From the NCBI GenBank assembly GCA_963713605.1, contig CAVQMO010000012.1:1-64000 (forward strand): DNA of 64,000 nucleotides. The letters are read 5' to 3'. Shown here one piece after another: positions 33,317 to 45,927 of the stretch. Under the pieces are notes generated by a model. The model worked only from the letters and a program-made list of their open reading frames with translations, had not been told where the DNA came from and did no database searches. Each line of letters opens with the position of its first letter. Position 1 is the first letter of the stretch. This DNA is from an uncultured Nitrososphaerales archaeon (GTDB lineage Archaea; Thermoproteota; Nitrososphaeria; Nitrososphaerales; Nitrososphaeraceae). Both the position numbers and the translations under genes were made by a program.

Positions 33317-34573
33317 TCAAGCTGCTGGAAAAATCATTCCAAATGTAGTTCCCTTCGTATGGTCTTTGTATACTTTATCTCCAACCCAAATTTTCCCATT
33401 GTATCTTTCAACTAATGCTCTTACTATAGATAGACCTAATCCTCCACCTTTTGCTTTAGAATAAAAACGTTCGAACAGCTCTTTTTTAATTGAATCTGGT
33501 ATACCCCTACCATAATCAGATGCAGCTATCATCCAATACTTTGTTTCACCAATAAAATAATCCTTTATAGTCACATCAATCTTTACCTCTGATAAATCAG
33601 TATATTTTACTATATTAGAAAACAAGTTTATAAAAATTTCATCAAGCAAGTCTTCAGCCATTATATTTATATCTGGAGGATATCCATCATGCATCAAATT
33701 TAACGAAATTATTTTGCCGTGAGGATTATTATCATATAGAGTCCGTTCTATAGTGGAATACGCATTGTTAATTGCATCTGGAATGTTTCTTAATACTAAT
33801 TTTAAATCCTTTTGTCTATATAGCCGTTCTAGTCTTCGAATGTTGTCGACAAATGATTGACTCCTAGCAAGTGAAACTTTTGCAGTATTAAGAAGAGAAG
33901 AAATTTTTTCATTGTCTTGTGGCGATACATTTGTCTTATTTTTCTTAAGAAGAGAAATCACAAGTCCTAAACTACTTTGTACTATTTGATGATAATTTCC
34001 TATATCATGTGTAATTAAATCAACTAGAAGCTCAGAGTGCCTTTTCTCTTTAATAATTTTATCATAATTATCTTTTTCTTCCCATATGACTTCGAAACTA
34101 GAAACGGCGTTTTTGACTAAAGAGATGTTCTTTGAATACCTCCAATCAACAATAGAAAAAATATTATTATCGTTTTTTTCATTTTCAATATCATCTTTAT
34201 TCATTTTATCATATTGCCGCATAACGATTGATATAGAAAAAATATCTTGCTTATCTCTTATAAAGACCAATGACACATCTGCTGTTTTAGTAAATACTGG
34301 TTTTATAGATTTATAACCTATAAAAGGAACTATCTTTCTTATTATCTTGGTAGTATTATCATCAAAAGCACATAACGACCTGATGATGATATTTTTCCGA
34401 CGTCTCTGTGTTATCAGATAGTCAATTACTTTATAATACGATAGAAATTGTAAAGATGAGGAATGAGGTAACATTATATCCAGTTCGGATTCAACTGAAT
34501 GTATAAATTCAAGCAATGCATCAAAGAATCCTTTGTCTATTGTCCGTGGGTTATTATTAGGCCCCTTATGCAC
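33317..34573 (-). CDS. Soluble sensor histidine kinase
   Basis: LITHDIGNY H-box, NLFSNIVKY, DYGRGI, GGGLGL. Confidence 0.9.
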   Translation of the reverse strand: MHKGPNNNPRTIDKGFFDALLEFIHSVESELDIMLPHSSSLQFLSYYKVIDYLITQRRRKNIIIRSLCAFDDNTTKIIRKIVPFIGYKSIKPVFTKTADVSLVFIRDKQDIFSISIVMRQYDKMNKDDIENEKNDNNIFSIVDWRYSKNISLVKNAVSSFEVIWEEKDNYDKIIKEKRHSELLVDLITHDIGNYHQIVQSSLGLVISLLKKNKTNVSPQDNEKISSLLNTAKVSLARSQSFVDNIRRLERLYRQKDLKLVLRNIPDAINNAYSTIERTLYDNNPHGKIISLNLMHDGYPPDINIMAEDLLDEIFINLFSNIVKYTDLSEVKIDVTIKDYFIGETKYWMIAASDYGRGIPDSIKKELFERFYSKAKGGGLGLSIVRALVERYNGKIWVGDKVYKDHTKGTTFGMIFPAA

Positions 34574-34997
34574 TTTTCATATCTACGCTCCTAGCCTTCC
34601 CAAATGTTTGTGGTCATGGATGTAGATAACACTATAAATATGTAATCATTCCATCAAACTTTTTTCAAATATCATAGCCAATTAAATGATAATTACCAAA
34701 AAATCAATTCAATGAGTATTCATATCGATGTATGAAATACTCAATATTAGAACAAATCTTCACCACCCCATATGGGGAAGAAATTTTTTCTTGTAAAGGC
34801 TTATTTTTCAAATCAAAGGATTAGGAAGAGTTACCGACGAACAGATTTCCATCTAAGTGTTATTATTGTAATAAACTTGTACTTTGTTATCTAGGTCCAA
34901 TGGATATCAGTATTATCGGATAGAACACTGGGAACGTGAAGTAAATACCGAAATTGAATGGAAATAAAATAAAAAAAAGAAGAAGTTTGTCTAATTG

Positions 34998-35141
34998 CTA
35001 GACTTCATCCACACTTACGAAGTAACCACTTGATGTACTATGGGTTAATACTCTCTCATGGTTGTATGCATGCATGATTGCATCATCTTCTTCGAAAAAT
35101 TGCTCTCGTATCCCACAAGGGAGACAAGTTACCTCATACAT
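34998..35141 (-). CDS. Small C2H2-like zinc-finger protein
   Basis: MYEVTCLPCG...AIMHAYNH. Confidence 0.45.
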   Translation of the reverse strand: MYEVTCLPCGIREQFFEEDDAIMHAYNHERVLTHSTSSGYFVSVDEV

Positions 35142-35571
35142 ATGTGCTCTTAAAATACACCTTTTCAATATTATATACAAACTCCATGTATTTAAGTTCT
35201 ATGGCCAGCCAAGAATTGGCTATTTATTAGAAAAAGAAATTTATGATGCATATAACTAGGTAGCAACCCGATCTAGTAATTGTCACAGACTGAGTCAATG
35301 TCTAACATAAGCCTTTCAACAGAACCTTATGTTTTTGAGGTTTAGACGAAATACAAGACTGTTTTCACGTCGTCCTCTAGTATTCCAAGCCAGCTGCTGT
35401 AAGTGATATTTTATATTTTCAGGATGATAATCTCTGTGGTCCGCCTACTGCTTGTACGACATTCTGCAGGACGTATATCATTTTTGTCACTATTTTCTAC
35501 AATTTTTCTATGCCTATTTTTATGAAATTTTTGATATCATGTGCAATTTATACCCGGTATTTCAATGCAGT

Positions 35572-36462
35572 TCAGAAGATTATGACAATTTGCGTGTCTT
35601 CAAATAATAGGTCGGGAGGATGACCTCTTTCAAAATAGTTTTTGGAAATATTCGGAAGCAATGATAATATCATATTGGAAACTCCGTACGCTAATCCCAG
35701 TGGTGCCACGCCATACAAAGGGCCTTTGGTCAACTTGTACAAGTTTGTTGGCATTCCCTCCTTGTACACGGTAGTCATTGTCGAAATAACCTGTTGCGCC
35801 ATACCTATTACTTCTCCATCGCTCGGATCTATAATAGGAGACCCGCTAGAACCCCCAATAGCAACGATATCTGTTTGAATTCCCCATGGCGAAGAACTCT
35901 CATCATGAGGCATTAACCCAGCAATATGTCCGAATTGAATAATTGGGTTCAAATGCATTCCAACCCCATCTTCATTCCTGTATAGTATCAACGACAATCT
36001 TCCACTAGGATAACCACACATTGCAATGTCGCGATAAAGTTCTAAGCGGCAGGGTTCCTTAATAGACAAGAAACTATCCGATGTACGATCCAGTTTTCCG
36101 AGCCCTATATCTAGATCTATTGAACCATTAAACCCAGCAACTTCCTTGACTGGTGGTAATCTGATCGACTCACTTATGCGATAAGTATCGAGATCTAATT
36201 TTTGTCCTCTTCTGAAAATGCGGAATGCTGAATAGATACCTTCGAAGCTGTTGTTTTTTTCCTTATACAGAGAGTTATAATTTAGGCATTGACTAAAAAC
36301 GTGTGCAGAACTGACAATATACTTACCACCTAGGAAAAAACCTGTGCCAAAGGTGCTTATGACTTCTTTTGTATCCTTGTTGAGGAGACCTATTGCAACT
36401 GTTGAAGCTTTGACTCGATTCAACAAACCAGCTTTGAACATCAGCATAATATTGTTAGACAA
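35572..36462 (-). CDS. Trypsin-like (S1/PA clan) serine protease
   Basis: GTGFF, SSAHVF (His), DIGL (Asp), GYP, GGSSGSPI (Ser). Confidence 0.85.
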   Translation of the reverse strand: MSNNIMLMFKAGLLNRVKASTVAIGLLNKDTKEVISTFGTGFFLGGKYIVSSAHVFSQCLNYNSLYKEKNNSFEGIYSAFRIFRRGQKLDLDTYRISESIRLPPVKEVAGFNGSIDLDIGLGKLDRTSDSFLSIKEPCRLELYRDIAMCGYPSGRLSLILYRNEDGVGMHLNPIIQFGHIAGLMPHDESSSPWGIQTDIVAIGGSSGSPIIDPSDGEVIGMAQQVISTMTTVYKEGMPTNLYKLTKGPLYGVAPLGLAYGVSNMILSLLPNISKNYFERGHPPDLLFEDTQIVIIF

Positions 36463-37377
36463 TTTAATAATCTTATAATCTCGAATGGTTGAAAATTCTT
36501 ATAGCTTAAAGATAGTTTGGCCTCTGGCGAGTATTTTAATGGAGAAAATAAAATTATTATATAATTGAGGGCTTGGAGAAATTACCTGATCACTGTGATA
36601 TAATTGATTGAAGGATACTAGAACGGACATTCCTTTGCTTATTCTAGTTAAAAGCTAGCGAGTATCTTCACGATTGAGATTTTCGTTGCCGTAAGCTGAT
36701 AACGCTATACTCCAGTTTATCTAAAACGGGACTCATGTCCATCATATTTGCACATTTACTTTTGTAAGTTCCTTGAACCATAATAGGTTGCATGGTTAAT
36801 TGCAAACATTGGGGTTGTATTGTAAAGAATTATACATGTACAGGTTGTGGCGCATCTATCTCTAAATTGTGTTTACAAGAGTCGCTAAATTGTAAATGTA
36901 TTAATAAGGACTGTTATTGCAATGACGACGATTCTCTTTAACAATATCTATAACGCTTCAACTCGTATGTTATGTCCTACTATTACGACAAACATTAAAC
37001 CAAATCTTATTCCAATCGAAGTACAGCTTCAGCCTTGTAATATACTCCAACCAATAGCATATAATGATTAGTGCGAGATCCCACTACTCCCGTTATGCTA
37101 GCCAAAATTAGGTTCAAAGGACTGCATATGAATTTAGGTTCGTGAAAGTTTGTGTAGTAGCTCAAGTCATCCATTTTAATTCCTGCATGCGACAATTTGA
37201 ATGACATTAAGTAAACTCATTCATTCCCTTTTTCATATCCAAGCTTGATAGTAACAAAAACATCAATCTATAATTTTACAAATATTTGTAATTTCACAAG
37301 AAGAGAACTTACTTTACTAGCTCTTTATAAGTCTCCAAAGTTATAACATCAACGATTTATACAGTGGATTTTCAGAG

Positions 37378-37608
37378 TTGACGTCAAAAGTATTGACTAC
37401 ATACAAAAAATGCTTAAAAAACCTAGAAGAATCTGAAGATCATTTCACAATCAACGAATGGGCTAATCGTATTGCAGACACAGCAAAACAAATTTGTAAT
37501 GATCCTGATTGTAAACGTATAAAGATTATCGAGACAGATCAAGGTAGAAGTAATATCGAATTTGTAGATAAAGAAGCAATCAACTGTGTTATTCAATCAA
37601 TACAATAA
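37378..37608 (+). CDS. Hypothetical protein (may extend past the stop to ~37690)
   Basis: 76 aa ORF with helical composition. Confidence 0.4.
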   Translation: MTSKVLTTYKKCLKNLEESEDHFTINEWANRIADTAKQICNDPDCKRIKIIETDQGRSNIEFVDKEAINCVIQSIQ

Positions 37609-38083
37609 CATTTAACAGCAATGCCTGGCACCCAACAAGAGATCTTTAAAAGCCTGATAGAGAATTTGAAACCAAAAAGATGCACTATTAAATGTCAATC
37701 AGTTTGGTTCCTGCAACCCATGAGATAATTCATATTTCTTTTCTTGCGATCTAATTAAGTACAAGGAACTAATGGCTGCCGATCGCCAGAGCCGCGTTGG
37801 CGGAGTTCATAGCTATAATGTGTTTCAATCTACCGCAGTACCCAGTTACATTGCCTCGTCATATAATTACTAGACTCAGTAACATTTACTATAAAATCCT
37901 CTATCAATAATCTCTTGTGGGTGTATTAGGAAGGCGTTCTCGTGGAGCAGGGAAGCTATTTCTCTTGAACAATTTCAAGAATGGTCTTACAATTCTCATT
38001 GCAATTCACGATCCGATTAATACATGCTTCTAATTTAATTGCGAACATTAACTTGAACTTGAACTTTAGCCCTTGTTACGCTG

Positions 38084-38422
38084 CTATCCAAGATTTTCAA
38101 GACATTGGAGAAGCAGATCCTTCCGATCTTTTTTTAGAATCGATTTTGTAAACTTATCTATTGTGTGGATACGTACACGTTGAAATTCAGAGGGAATAAA
38201 CCCCCCGTAGGCATAAAGTAAAATAATAACATAGTTTTCAGCTAATAAACAGACTTCTTCTTCTGCTGCACAATTACTTTCTTCAATGGTATCCCTATAC
38301 AGTAGGAGAGGTTTACGAGAATGCTGAAAAATCATGTTCGCTTTTTTTAGTTTAGATCTGAACTTATGAATCAGCCATTCTTCAAAAGGCTGTGCTTTAC
38401 CGCTATCACAGAGTACGTGCAA
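38084..38422 (-). CDS. Hypothetical protein
   Basis: 112 aa ORF. Confidence 0.5.
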   Translation of the reverse strand: MHVLCDSGKAQPFEEWLIHKFRSKLKKANMIFQHSRKPLLLYRDTIEESNCAAEEEVCLLAENYVIILLYAYGGFIPSEFQRVRIHTIDKFTKSILKKDRKDLLLQCLENLG

Positions 38423-39439
38423 TCACTATTATGGTATTATGAGTATATAAATGAGTGTATCAATAATCAAATACATACTAGGTTCCAATTATACAGTAAA
38501 ATAATCTATTTAAGGCTGTTAACAGCTTCTTCTTTTTCCTAACAGATTACTTATTCTATTTATATATATAGCTTAATTAAAGTAATTAATATGGTCAATT
38601 ACATCCGATGGGTATGTCTGATCGAAATGTAGTTCATTATTCAAGCCTACTTTGAATTATAAGGAGAATCTCACCGAAAAAATGATGCTGTAATTAGAAA
38701 CCTAAAGACAGAACGTAGGAAATGGGATCGGCCTATCCTTCTTTAGGACAAGTTTCTTGATCTTTCAAGATTTTTCAGAGATTTGTTGTTAGATATCTTG
38801 GGAATCGAAATATTAGCTTTCCATTATTTATTATCATATGACATCTACTATGAATAATATCTTCAAATAGGCTATTCGGAGCTATGGTTGCGCGTCTGAT
38901 ACGGATAATAATAATAGCTTGACACCGGATTGGGTTTTTCTTCTTTCCTTTTGAATCTGAAAAGACTACGTATTTGCATCTTCATACATATACTAGCGCT
39001 TCAATGACATATACGTTTGTTGGTAAGTAGTTGTTACTCTACACAGACTACGATTATGATGGTAGGTAGCGTAATAACAGATCCTCCTACAATCAGCAAT
39101 TTTCCTTATTTTCTTACCTTTATCGCTCAATTTTCATCCTCCATTGAAGCCTAAAAGCCTGTTGCAGTGTATGAACATAACCGCTCATAAATGAATCAAT
39201 TGGCTGAGTGTGAAACAAAATATGCTGTTTGAAGGAAAGACCAAGGTCATCGATCAATGCGTCTTGAAAATCAGTTTTGGAGTGATTTGATGGGGGCTGA
39301 TGATTTTTATTACTTTTTCCTCAATCATCAAATATAAGCATGATATTGATTACTTTGATGTTTAGATTCAGTAAACATAAACTTATTTATGAATAAATTA
39401 CAATTCTAGCGGCGTTTTAAAGCCTTTAATGGAGGGTAG

Positions 39440-40372
39440 GTGTATATATATGTTATGTTAGCAAGCAAATTAGTATGTAGAACGTGTAGTCGACCTTCCG
39501 ATGTAATCACAGACGCAGAGTCTGGCGAAATAATCTGTACCAATTGCGGCATGGTTAATTCTAATGACAAGGCATTTCAAATGAATACTGCGGAGTGGCG
39601 TGCTTTTGATCATAAACAAATGAGAGATAGAAGTAGAGTAGGAATGCCTATGACACTAACACGTCATGATAAAGGTCTTTCCACAGTAATTGGTAGACCA
39701 AATAAAGATGCTAGTGGAAAAGAGCTTGACGATTCAATGCGATCTATGATGCAAAGATTAAGGACTTGGGATCATAGAATTCAAGTAAGTTCACCAACAG
39801 ACAGGAATCTTGCAAGGGCATTTCAGAGACTTGAAATGTTAAGAGGAAAGTTGGGACTACCGGATAATGTAATAGAAAAGGCAGCTTATGTCTATAGAAA
39901 GGTACAGCAACTAGGAATGGTTAAAGGAAGAACAATCGCAGCTACATTATCTGCGTCTATTTATGTTGCCTCTAGAGAGGCTGGCGTTCCTAGAACATTA
40001 GCAGAGATAGCATCTCTTAGTAATATATCATACAAGGAACTCTCCAGGGTGTATAGATTGATAGTCTTAAACCTAGATTTGAAGGTTCCAATGGTAGATC
40101 CAGTAAAGTGTATTGCAAAGATTGCAAATAAAATAGAGGTAAGCGAGAAAACAAAAAGACACGCTATAAGCTATATGCACAATGTAATAGCAACAGGGAT
40201 AGCAGCAGGAAAAGATCCCATGGGAATAGCAGGAGCCGTTCTTTACTTGTCGTGCTTACAAAGCAATGAGCATAGAACTCAGTTAGATGTTGCGGCTGCC
40301 TCTGGAGTAACAGAAGTAACTCTAAGAAATAGATGTAAAGAACTCAATACAAAGCTACCTCAGCTTAATTAG
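39440..40372 (+). CDS. tfb: Transcription initiation factor IIB (TFB)
   Basis: Zn ribbon CRTC...CTNCG, EWRAF, two cyclin repeats, GKDPMGIAGA, GVTEVTLRNR. Start probably 39455. Confidence 0.97.
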   Translation: MYIYVMLASKLVCRTCSRPSDVITDAESGEIICTNCGMVNSNDKAFQMNTAEWRAFDHKQMRDRSRVGMPMTLTRHDKGLSTVIGRPNKDASGKELDDSMRSMMQRLRTWDHRIQVSSPTDRNLARAFQRLEMLRGKLGLPDNVIEKAAYVYRKVQQLGMVKGRTIAATLSASIYVASREAGVPRTLAEIASLSNISYKELSRVYRLIVLNLDLKVPMVDPVKCIAKIANKIEVSEKTKRHAISYMHNVIATGIAAGKDPMGIAGAVLYLSCLQSNEHRTQLDVAAASGVTEVTLRNRCKELNTKLPQLN

Positions 40373-40589
40373 AACAAATAAAGGTAGAATCCATCTTATA
40401 GGTGGGCGGCAAAAGCACTTAACTACGGGTAGTATGAGACTAGAAAATAGATGGATATCATAATTCTAATTGCATTGAGCAAGCAAGTAATACACTCCTC
40501 ATTGACTCTCTGCAGACAATGAATCAATTAAGCAAACTTTTTCTAACATAGAATCATCACAGTAGAACTAAAATAGCCAGGGATCAGGT

Positions 40590-40997
40590 TTAAACTTTAA
40601 TCTTAATCAAGTCCCCATCTACTTTGGTCTCATAAGTCTGTTGATCATAGGTCTTAATATGAGACATAAGTTGTCCAGCATATTCCATAAATTTCTGCCA
40701 TTTTTGTGGTAGTGGTTCCATTTCTTGAGAAGGGGTTAGATTAGGTTCCCTTACTTTTCTACCAGTAGTAACGTCGAAGCTTGCTCCATGAAATGGACAT
40801 GTCACGATTCGCTCATTGGAGATATTACCCATCGAAAGCAGAGCACTCATATGTCCACATCTATCATCGATTGCATAGAATTTGCCTCCTATATTAGAGA
40901 TTACAATTTCCTTTCCCTTTACTTCCACATGCTTCATCTTGCCCTGAGGTATCTCGTCAATACTTCCAACAACAATCATGTCATTACTATCTGACAT
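40590..40997 (-). CDS. Rieske (2Fe-2S) ferredoxin-like protein
   Basis: CGH...CPFHGASFD motifs. Confidence 0.92.
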   Translation of the reverse strand: MSDSNDMIVVGSIDEIPQGKMKHVEVKGKEIVISNIGGKFYAIDDRCGHMSALLSMGNISNERIVTCPFHGASFDVTTGRKVREPNLTPSQEMEPLPQKWQKFMEYAGQLMSHIKTYDQQTYETKVDGDLIKIKV

Positions 40998-41143
40998 ACT
41001 AAGGGAGGTATGAAGCCATTTATATAAAGTTGCCCACCGTTAGAGTGTATGATCTAAACAACAAGAGTGTGCCATCTAATATAGTATTTAAATTTGAGCT
41101 CAGATAGACCCTCTAGGTTACACTGCCTCGAACATTCCAGAAT

Positions 41144-41392
41144 CTAATACCTTTTATGCTGACCTTTACTTAATAGCCAATTGTCTGCCGCTACACCAAG
41201 GCACACTCCTCCAATTACCCAGACAGGCACACTTACCATTATAACTAAAGACAACAGACTTTGTTCTCCGAATCCTAAACCAGGCGGGCTCCCATGTACA
41301 ACAAATGCTAAAACAAAAAAAATACCTCCACTTACTACAAGTTTAACCCCAATACTAACTTGCTTTTTAATCGCATAACTCTCAAAAGTCAT
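41144..41392 (-). CDS. Small two-TM membrane protein
   Basis: Two hydrophobic segments. Confidence 0.6.
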   Translation of the reverse strand: MTFESYAIKKQVSIGVKLVVSGGIFFVLAFVVHGSPPGLGFGEQSLLSLVIMVSVPVWVIGGVCLGVAADNWLLSKGQHKRY

Positions 41393-41902
41393 TTCTTACC
41401 TTCTCCTAACTAGAAACAGTTCAAATGTTAAGCCTAGACTCGTTGTAACTACAGTATGTCCGTCGAATACCTAATGCTTAACCTTTTCATGATTACTTTT
41501 AACCTTGACTCTATCTACACACATTAATCTCGCTTTCATAGCGTTTAATATAGAGCGTCTTTTTATATTAAGCTTCTAATGGTTATGCCTCGTCGGTTAC
41601 AATATCACGAATTTAATTGAAGAAGAATAGTCCCAATTACCTATTTAGAAATAATACACAACAACATGGCATGTCAGGTAAGATAAACTAGACCGGCAGG
41701 TAGGCGGCCTAAAAACTCTAATATTTCTACCATCATACCTTTTTTGTTACTGATCCAGATCCAAGCATAACAAAGTTTAAGTGTAAAAGTGAATAGGTAT
41801 CGCTGCTAATGTTAGCAATAAATTAGCTAAACCCCATAATTCCATTGTGATATTACAATACCAAATTAGGTTAGCAGTCAATATATTTTGATAGCGACGT
41901 TA

Positions 41903-42427
41903 CTATTGCGGATTTTGAATTGCTTTAAACGCTTCTATTTCATATTTTAGTGAGTCAGTTAAAAGATCAGTTGATGTTTCATTTAACACAGTATTCCCTG
42001 TCTTGATAAAGTCGCCGAACTGTTTATAACTGTCTTGTTCTGATTCCAAGCTTTTTATATATAGTGAAACACCATTTTTGAATTTTTCTGGTATTTGAAG
42101 ATTATTAGTTTCATCAATCAGATTATTTATTTGTGCTATAGTGTCGTTTGTTATCATCATAATCGTGGTATTGCTGTATTGATTATTTTCCCATTTTCCA
42201 ATTTCTTGCTGATATGAATTAGTCAAGGCGCCAGACTTATTTGTCAATTCTATAAAGTTGCTTAGAAATTCCTCATCAGCGATATCTTCTAATTGAGCAG
42301 TAACGTCTTCGACTTCCGAAAGAATTATGTACAAAAGTGAAATAGTTATGGACACGATCATCGTCCAATTCCTAATTTGATTTTTATAGGAAATACAAGA
42401 CTTAACCTGTGATAAATAATACGTCAT
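41903..42427 (-). CDS. Exported helical-bundle hypothetical protein
   Basis: N-terminal TM/signal; intact ORF. Confidence 0.7.
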   Translation of the reverse strand: MTYYLSQVKSCISYKNQIRNWTMIVSITISLLYIILSEVEDVTAQLEDIADEEFLSNFIELTNKSGALTNSYQQEIGKWENNQYSNTTIMMITNDTIAQINNLIDETNNLQIPEKFKNGVSLYIKSLESEQDSYKQFGDFIKTGNTVLNETSTDLLTDSLKYEIEAFKAIQNPQ

Positions 42428-42807
42428 TGTTGTGACAAAAATTAATAATGATTCTGTAGTTAAATTTGTTGTACCTGAGTGTGGTCTTGAAGAAGATGGA
42501 GATCCACAAGTTTCCTAAGTGATCGCTTTGCGGAACTCACTAATATTAGCGCAACAATATCTCTTTCTAGGGAAATTTAGAAATGACTCCTGAACCTCAG
42601 GTTGTGATTGGGTGGTTCATATCTATATAAGGAAGAATTATTTTTTGCAATATTTATACTAACGCACTGTGATTTATAAAATATTGCATGACGAAATGCG
42701 CTTGTTCAAGCCCTTTATTTTGTAATTCATTATCCTCTTAACTGCCTAAAATTACCCCGAATAAAGATATATCTTATATAAATGTTAAAGCATTAATAAT
42801 ATCAGAA

Positions 42808-43349
42808 ATGACTTATCCTAAGGGCACAACAAGACCAAGTAATGTATCTGGCACTAGTGACACGACTAGCTCTACAGAATTGGCTGAATCGGCACCAGAA
42901 GCAGAGGTAGCAGAAGTAGCAGAAGTAGCAGAAGCTGAAACAACGACGACAACTACAACGTCAACCGTGGATCCAAATGTTCAACAAAAAATAGATTCAA
43001 TAAAGAATGTCGCAAGTACAATAAGGGATATATCGGCAAGTATTAGGGATACTGTGCGAGCTCTACGAGAAAGCGGAGCGATTGATGAGTTGATTGCAGC
43101 GGTCCATGAAGCGACTATTACAATGAGAGATACCACAATAGAGATAAGTAAAATATCTAGGGATCTCAAGGAAAGGGGAATGATCAAGGATACTGCGAAG
43201 ACATTAGACGAAACCGTTGCAGACAGCAAATGAAGGCAGCAGAATCATTCAAACAAACGGTGGAAGATATGAAGGAAGCGGCTCCTCAGACGGCTGAAGT
43301 AATAAAGAAAGCTAGAGAGCGTGTAAAAACTAAAAAAGACAATAGATAA
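42808..43349 (+). CDS. Coiled-coil (LEA/apolipoprotein-like) hypothetical protein (frameshift ~43225)
   Basis: EVA repeats, poly-Thr and amphipathic helical repeats; continues TANEGSRIIQ/AAESFKQTVEDMKEAAPQ...*. Confidence 0.6.
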
Positions 43350-43587
43350 AATTTGCTAAGCTAGATTTGACAATAGCTAAATTCTAGCGAAGAATTTTTT
43401 TTATTGATCTTTACGACTAATGTGTTTCACTCTGTGGAGTGCATTTATAGTGCACTTCATAAAGGTGTAAGTTTCTCTCCTATTCGAACAGGGTGATTTA
43501 TCTTGAGCTCTCGTATTCGTGTTCACTTCCCCGTATCATAAGATTTTTTACCTTAATTCCCATGTAGTCTTATTAGTAGACATGTAC

Positions 43588-45045
43588 ATGAGCGAGAAAA
43601 TGGATATACCAGAGAAGGAAAGGGCGATAGTACTTCAAGGTGGGGGATCTCTTGGCGCCTATGAGGCTGGAGCTTACAGGGCTCTATATGAATCTCTCTC
43701 TAATGAAGGGAGAAAAGGAAGATCTACATTTGATATAGTTGCAGGCACTTCAATCGGTGCTATCAATGCTGCTGTTCTTGTGAGTTATGTCACAGAAAAT
43801 CAGACTTATGATGGGTCAGCTGAGAAGCTTGTTGATTTCTGGAATTACCTCTCCAAAGAATCGATGGTGGATACTAATCCTTTTTTTAAACCTTGGTGGG
43901 ATTATTGGCATGCAATAAATGGCGGGATAGCCTCAGGAGAAGCAGCAAGAAGGTACTTTTCAGCCAAAGAGTTTGCGATATTTGGAGTACCAAACGTCTT
44001 TTTATCCTCATCGACCTACCGGTGACAGTAAATTTTACGATTCAGACAACACTTGGTTTTGTTATAGCAACGAACCTCTAAGACGGAGTCTAGAACGATT
44101 TGCAAAATTTCCAATAGCTACTACTAAGGAAGACAATCAGCCAAGACTCTTACTGGTGGCAGTCGACGTAGCAGATGGTATACCCGTTACATTCGATAGT
44201 TATCCTAAAAAGGACGGAACACGAAAAACAGAATACGGCAGATTCCTCAGTAACTACGATGGGGAAATTGGATTTGGACATGTTGTCCACTATGACTAGG
44301 GGATCACATCTGATCAAGTCATGGCAAGCGGATCATATCCAGTCAATTTTGATTTTGCTAAAATAGAAGTTGAAAGCTATCCTCTGAACCGACTAGTAGT
44401 CGACTGGCTGACGCGAAGACTCCTAGTCCTGTGAACGCTGACGGTTACAGGAAAGGTATGCGTTATTTCTGGGACGGAGGACTTATGACTAATACTCCAT
44501 TAATGCAGCTAGTTCTAATGCATAGACATTATTGGTGGAAGGTAAGAGGATTAAAAGATAAGGTTCCTCGATTAGGCATCTGCGTAATTAATTTACATCC
44601 TAGAAAACAGACAGAGATTCCATCTGATAAGGACGGTGTTATCAATAGAAATAGTGATATAACTTTTTCAGATAGGACGCAGCAAGAGGAGACCATGCTC
44701 CTGCTAGTATCTGATTATATTGATTTGATAAGGGAGCTATTAAAGGCTGCAACGGAAAAAGGAGTGGACAAGAACTTTATCGCCAATCTCTTGAACAGGA
44801 AAACAAATTTCCATGGTCAGTTCTTGAAGCCAAGACGATACCAAGACATACTTGAAGGACGGTTTCAGATCGATGAAATAATACGCGTAGACAGGGAAAA
44901 CGATTTTGACACTATTTCTAACAAGATATTTGATTTTTCTTCCGAAACTATAAACCTATTGCTTGAACGAGGATACAATGACGCAATCAATGGATTTGAA
45001 GAGTATATGCGAAATCAGCCCAGCAAAACAGCTGATAACAAGTAA
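43588..45045 (+). CDS. Patatin-like phospholipase (frameshifts ~44000 and ~44400; in-frame TAG at 44297)
   Basis: LQGGGSLGAY, GTSIG nucleophile, VMASGSYP, WDGG; C-terminal FDFSSETI..L...GY. Confidence 0.88.
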
Positions 45046-45279
45046 AAGGTATTTCCAATAAGAATGCATTTGAGGCCTTTGAGAACAAAATTTGATATGT
45101 TGACTAGGTGTAGGATGGCATTGCCAATCGAATGACCTCTGTATGAGAAACGAATTTGGCAGACTGTGATGAGCAGACAACATTCACACTTTAGATTTAA
45201 TACCATAACTCATCTCAAATCCAATTTGGAATTATTGTTGTCTAGAGCTATAGTGAAAATACATTTCTAAAAGAACTAC

Positions 45280-45660
45280 TCAGATATCTTTCTTATTCGT
45301 ATTCAATTCCTCTTTGGTACTCATCTCTACTTCTTTTGAGAGGGACCAGCTTAGTAATATTCTTAAAACTACTATCAATGCGAACCCTGCAGTTTCCTCT
45401 AGCGTCGGATCTAGAATAGTCTGGAGTAAATCAGCGGCAATCAAGAAATCTAGTGCGATGAGAAGGCCCCTTAACATTCTTGCGACAATTTTATGAACAT
45501 ATACCTGTCGCTGCTCCTTCCTTATTCTAGAGAGAAGCAACTTGACCAAATTGGCCAATGTAATAATAACTATCGCAGTTACAAGAACTCCAACAATTAT
45601 TTCTATGATGATAACTATGTATTCGACGAATAAGTGAAAAATTTCAGGGCTTACCACCAA
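45280..45660 (-). CDS. DUF1622-type membrane protein
   Basis: GLLIALDFLIAADLLQTI..P......ALIVVLRILLSWSLSKE. Confidence 0.85.
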   Translation of the reverse strand: MVVSPEIFHLFVEYIVIIIEIIVGVLVTAIVIITLANLVKLLLSRIRKEQRQVYVHKIVARMLRGLLIALDFLIAADLLQTILDPTLEETAGFALIVVLRILLSWSLSKEVEMSTKEELNTNKKDI

Positions 45661-45927
45661 GCTCTAGGACTTACTTTATAGTGTGTATACTTATACTTTT
45701 GTTAAATCCGGCTTTTGATATCATAACTCGGAGTAGATCACTATACATGATATCCCTATACAGGATGGGATTTGCACCTATGCCTAATTCGATCAAGTTT
45801 CAGCCATTGTAAACAGGATGGGATGTCAGTGGATTCAATCTACTTCTTACCTAGGTTATTGACTGAGGCAGAGTTAAAACACAAGCCATAAGTAATCCGA
45901 TGACGTTATCTTGTATACAGGTGAGCA

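Noticed and set aside
44297..44299. In-frame TAG in patatin (and in polB near 18680) as pyrrolysine or stop-codon recoding
   Set aside because: Many intact genes here end in TAG and no pyl genes are present; mutation or sequence error is simpler.
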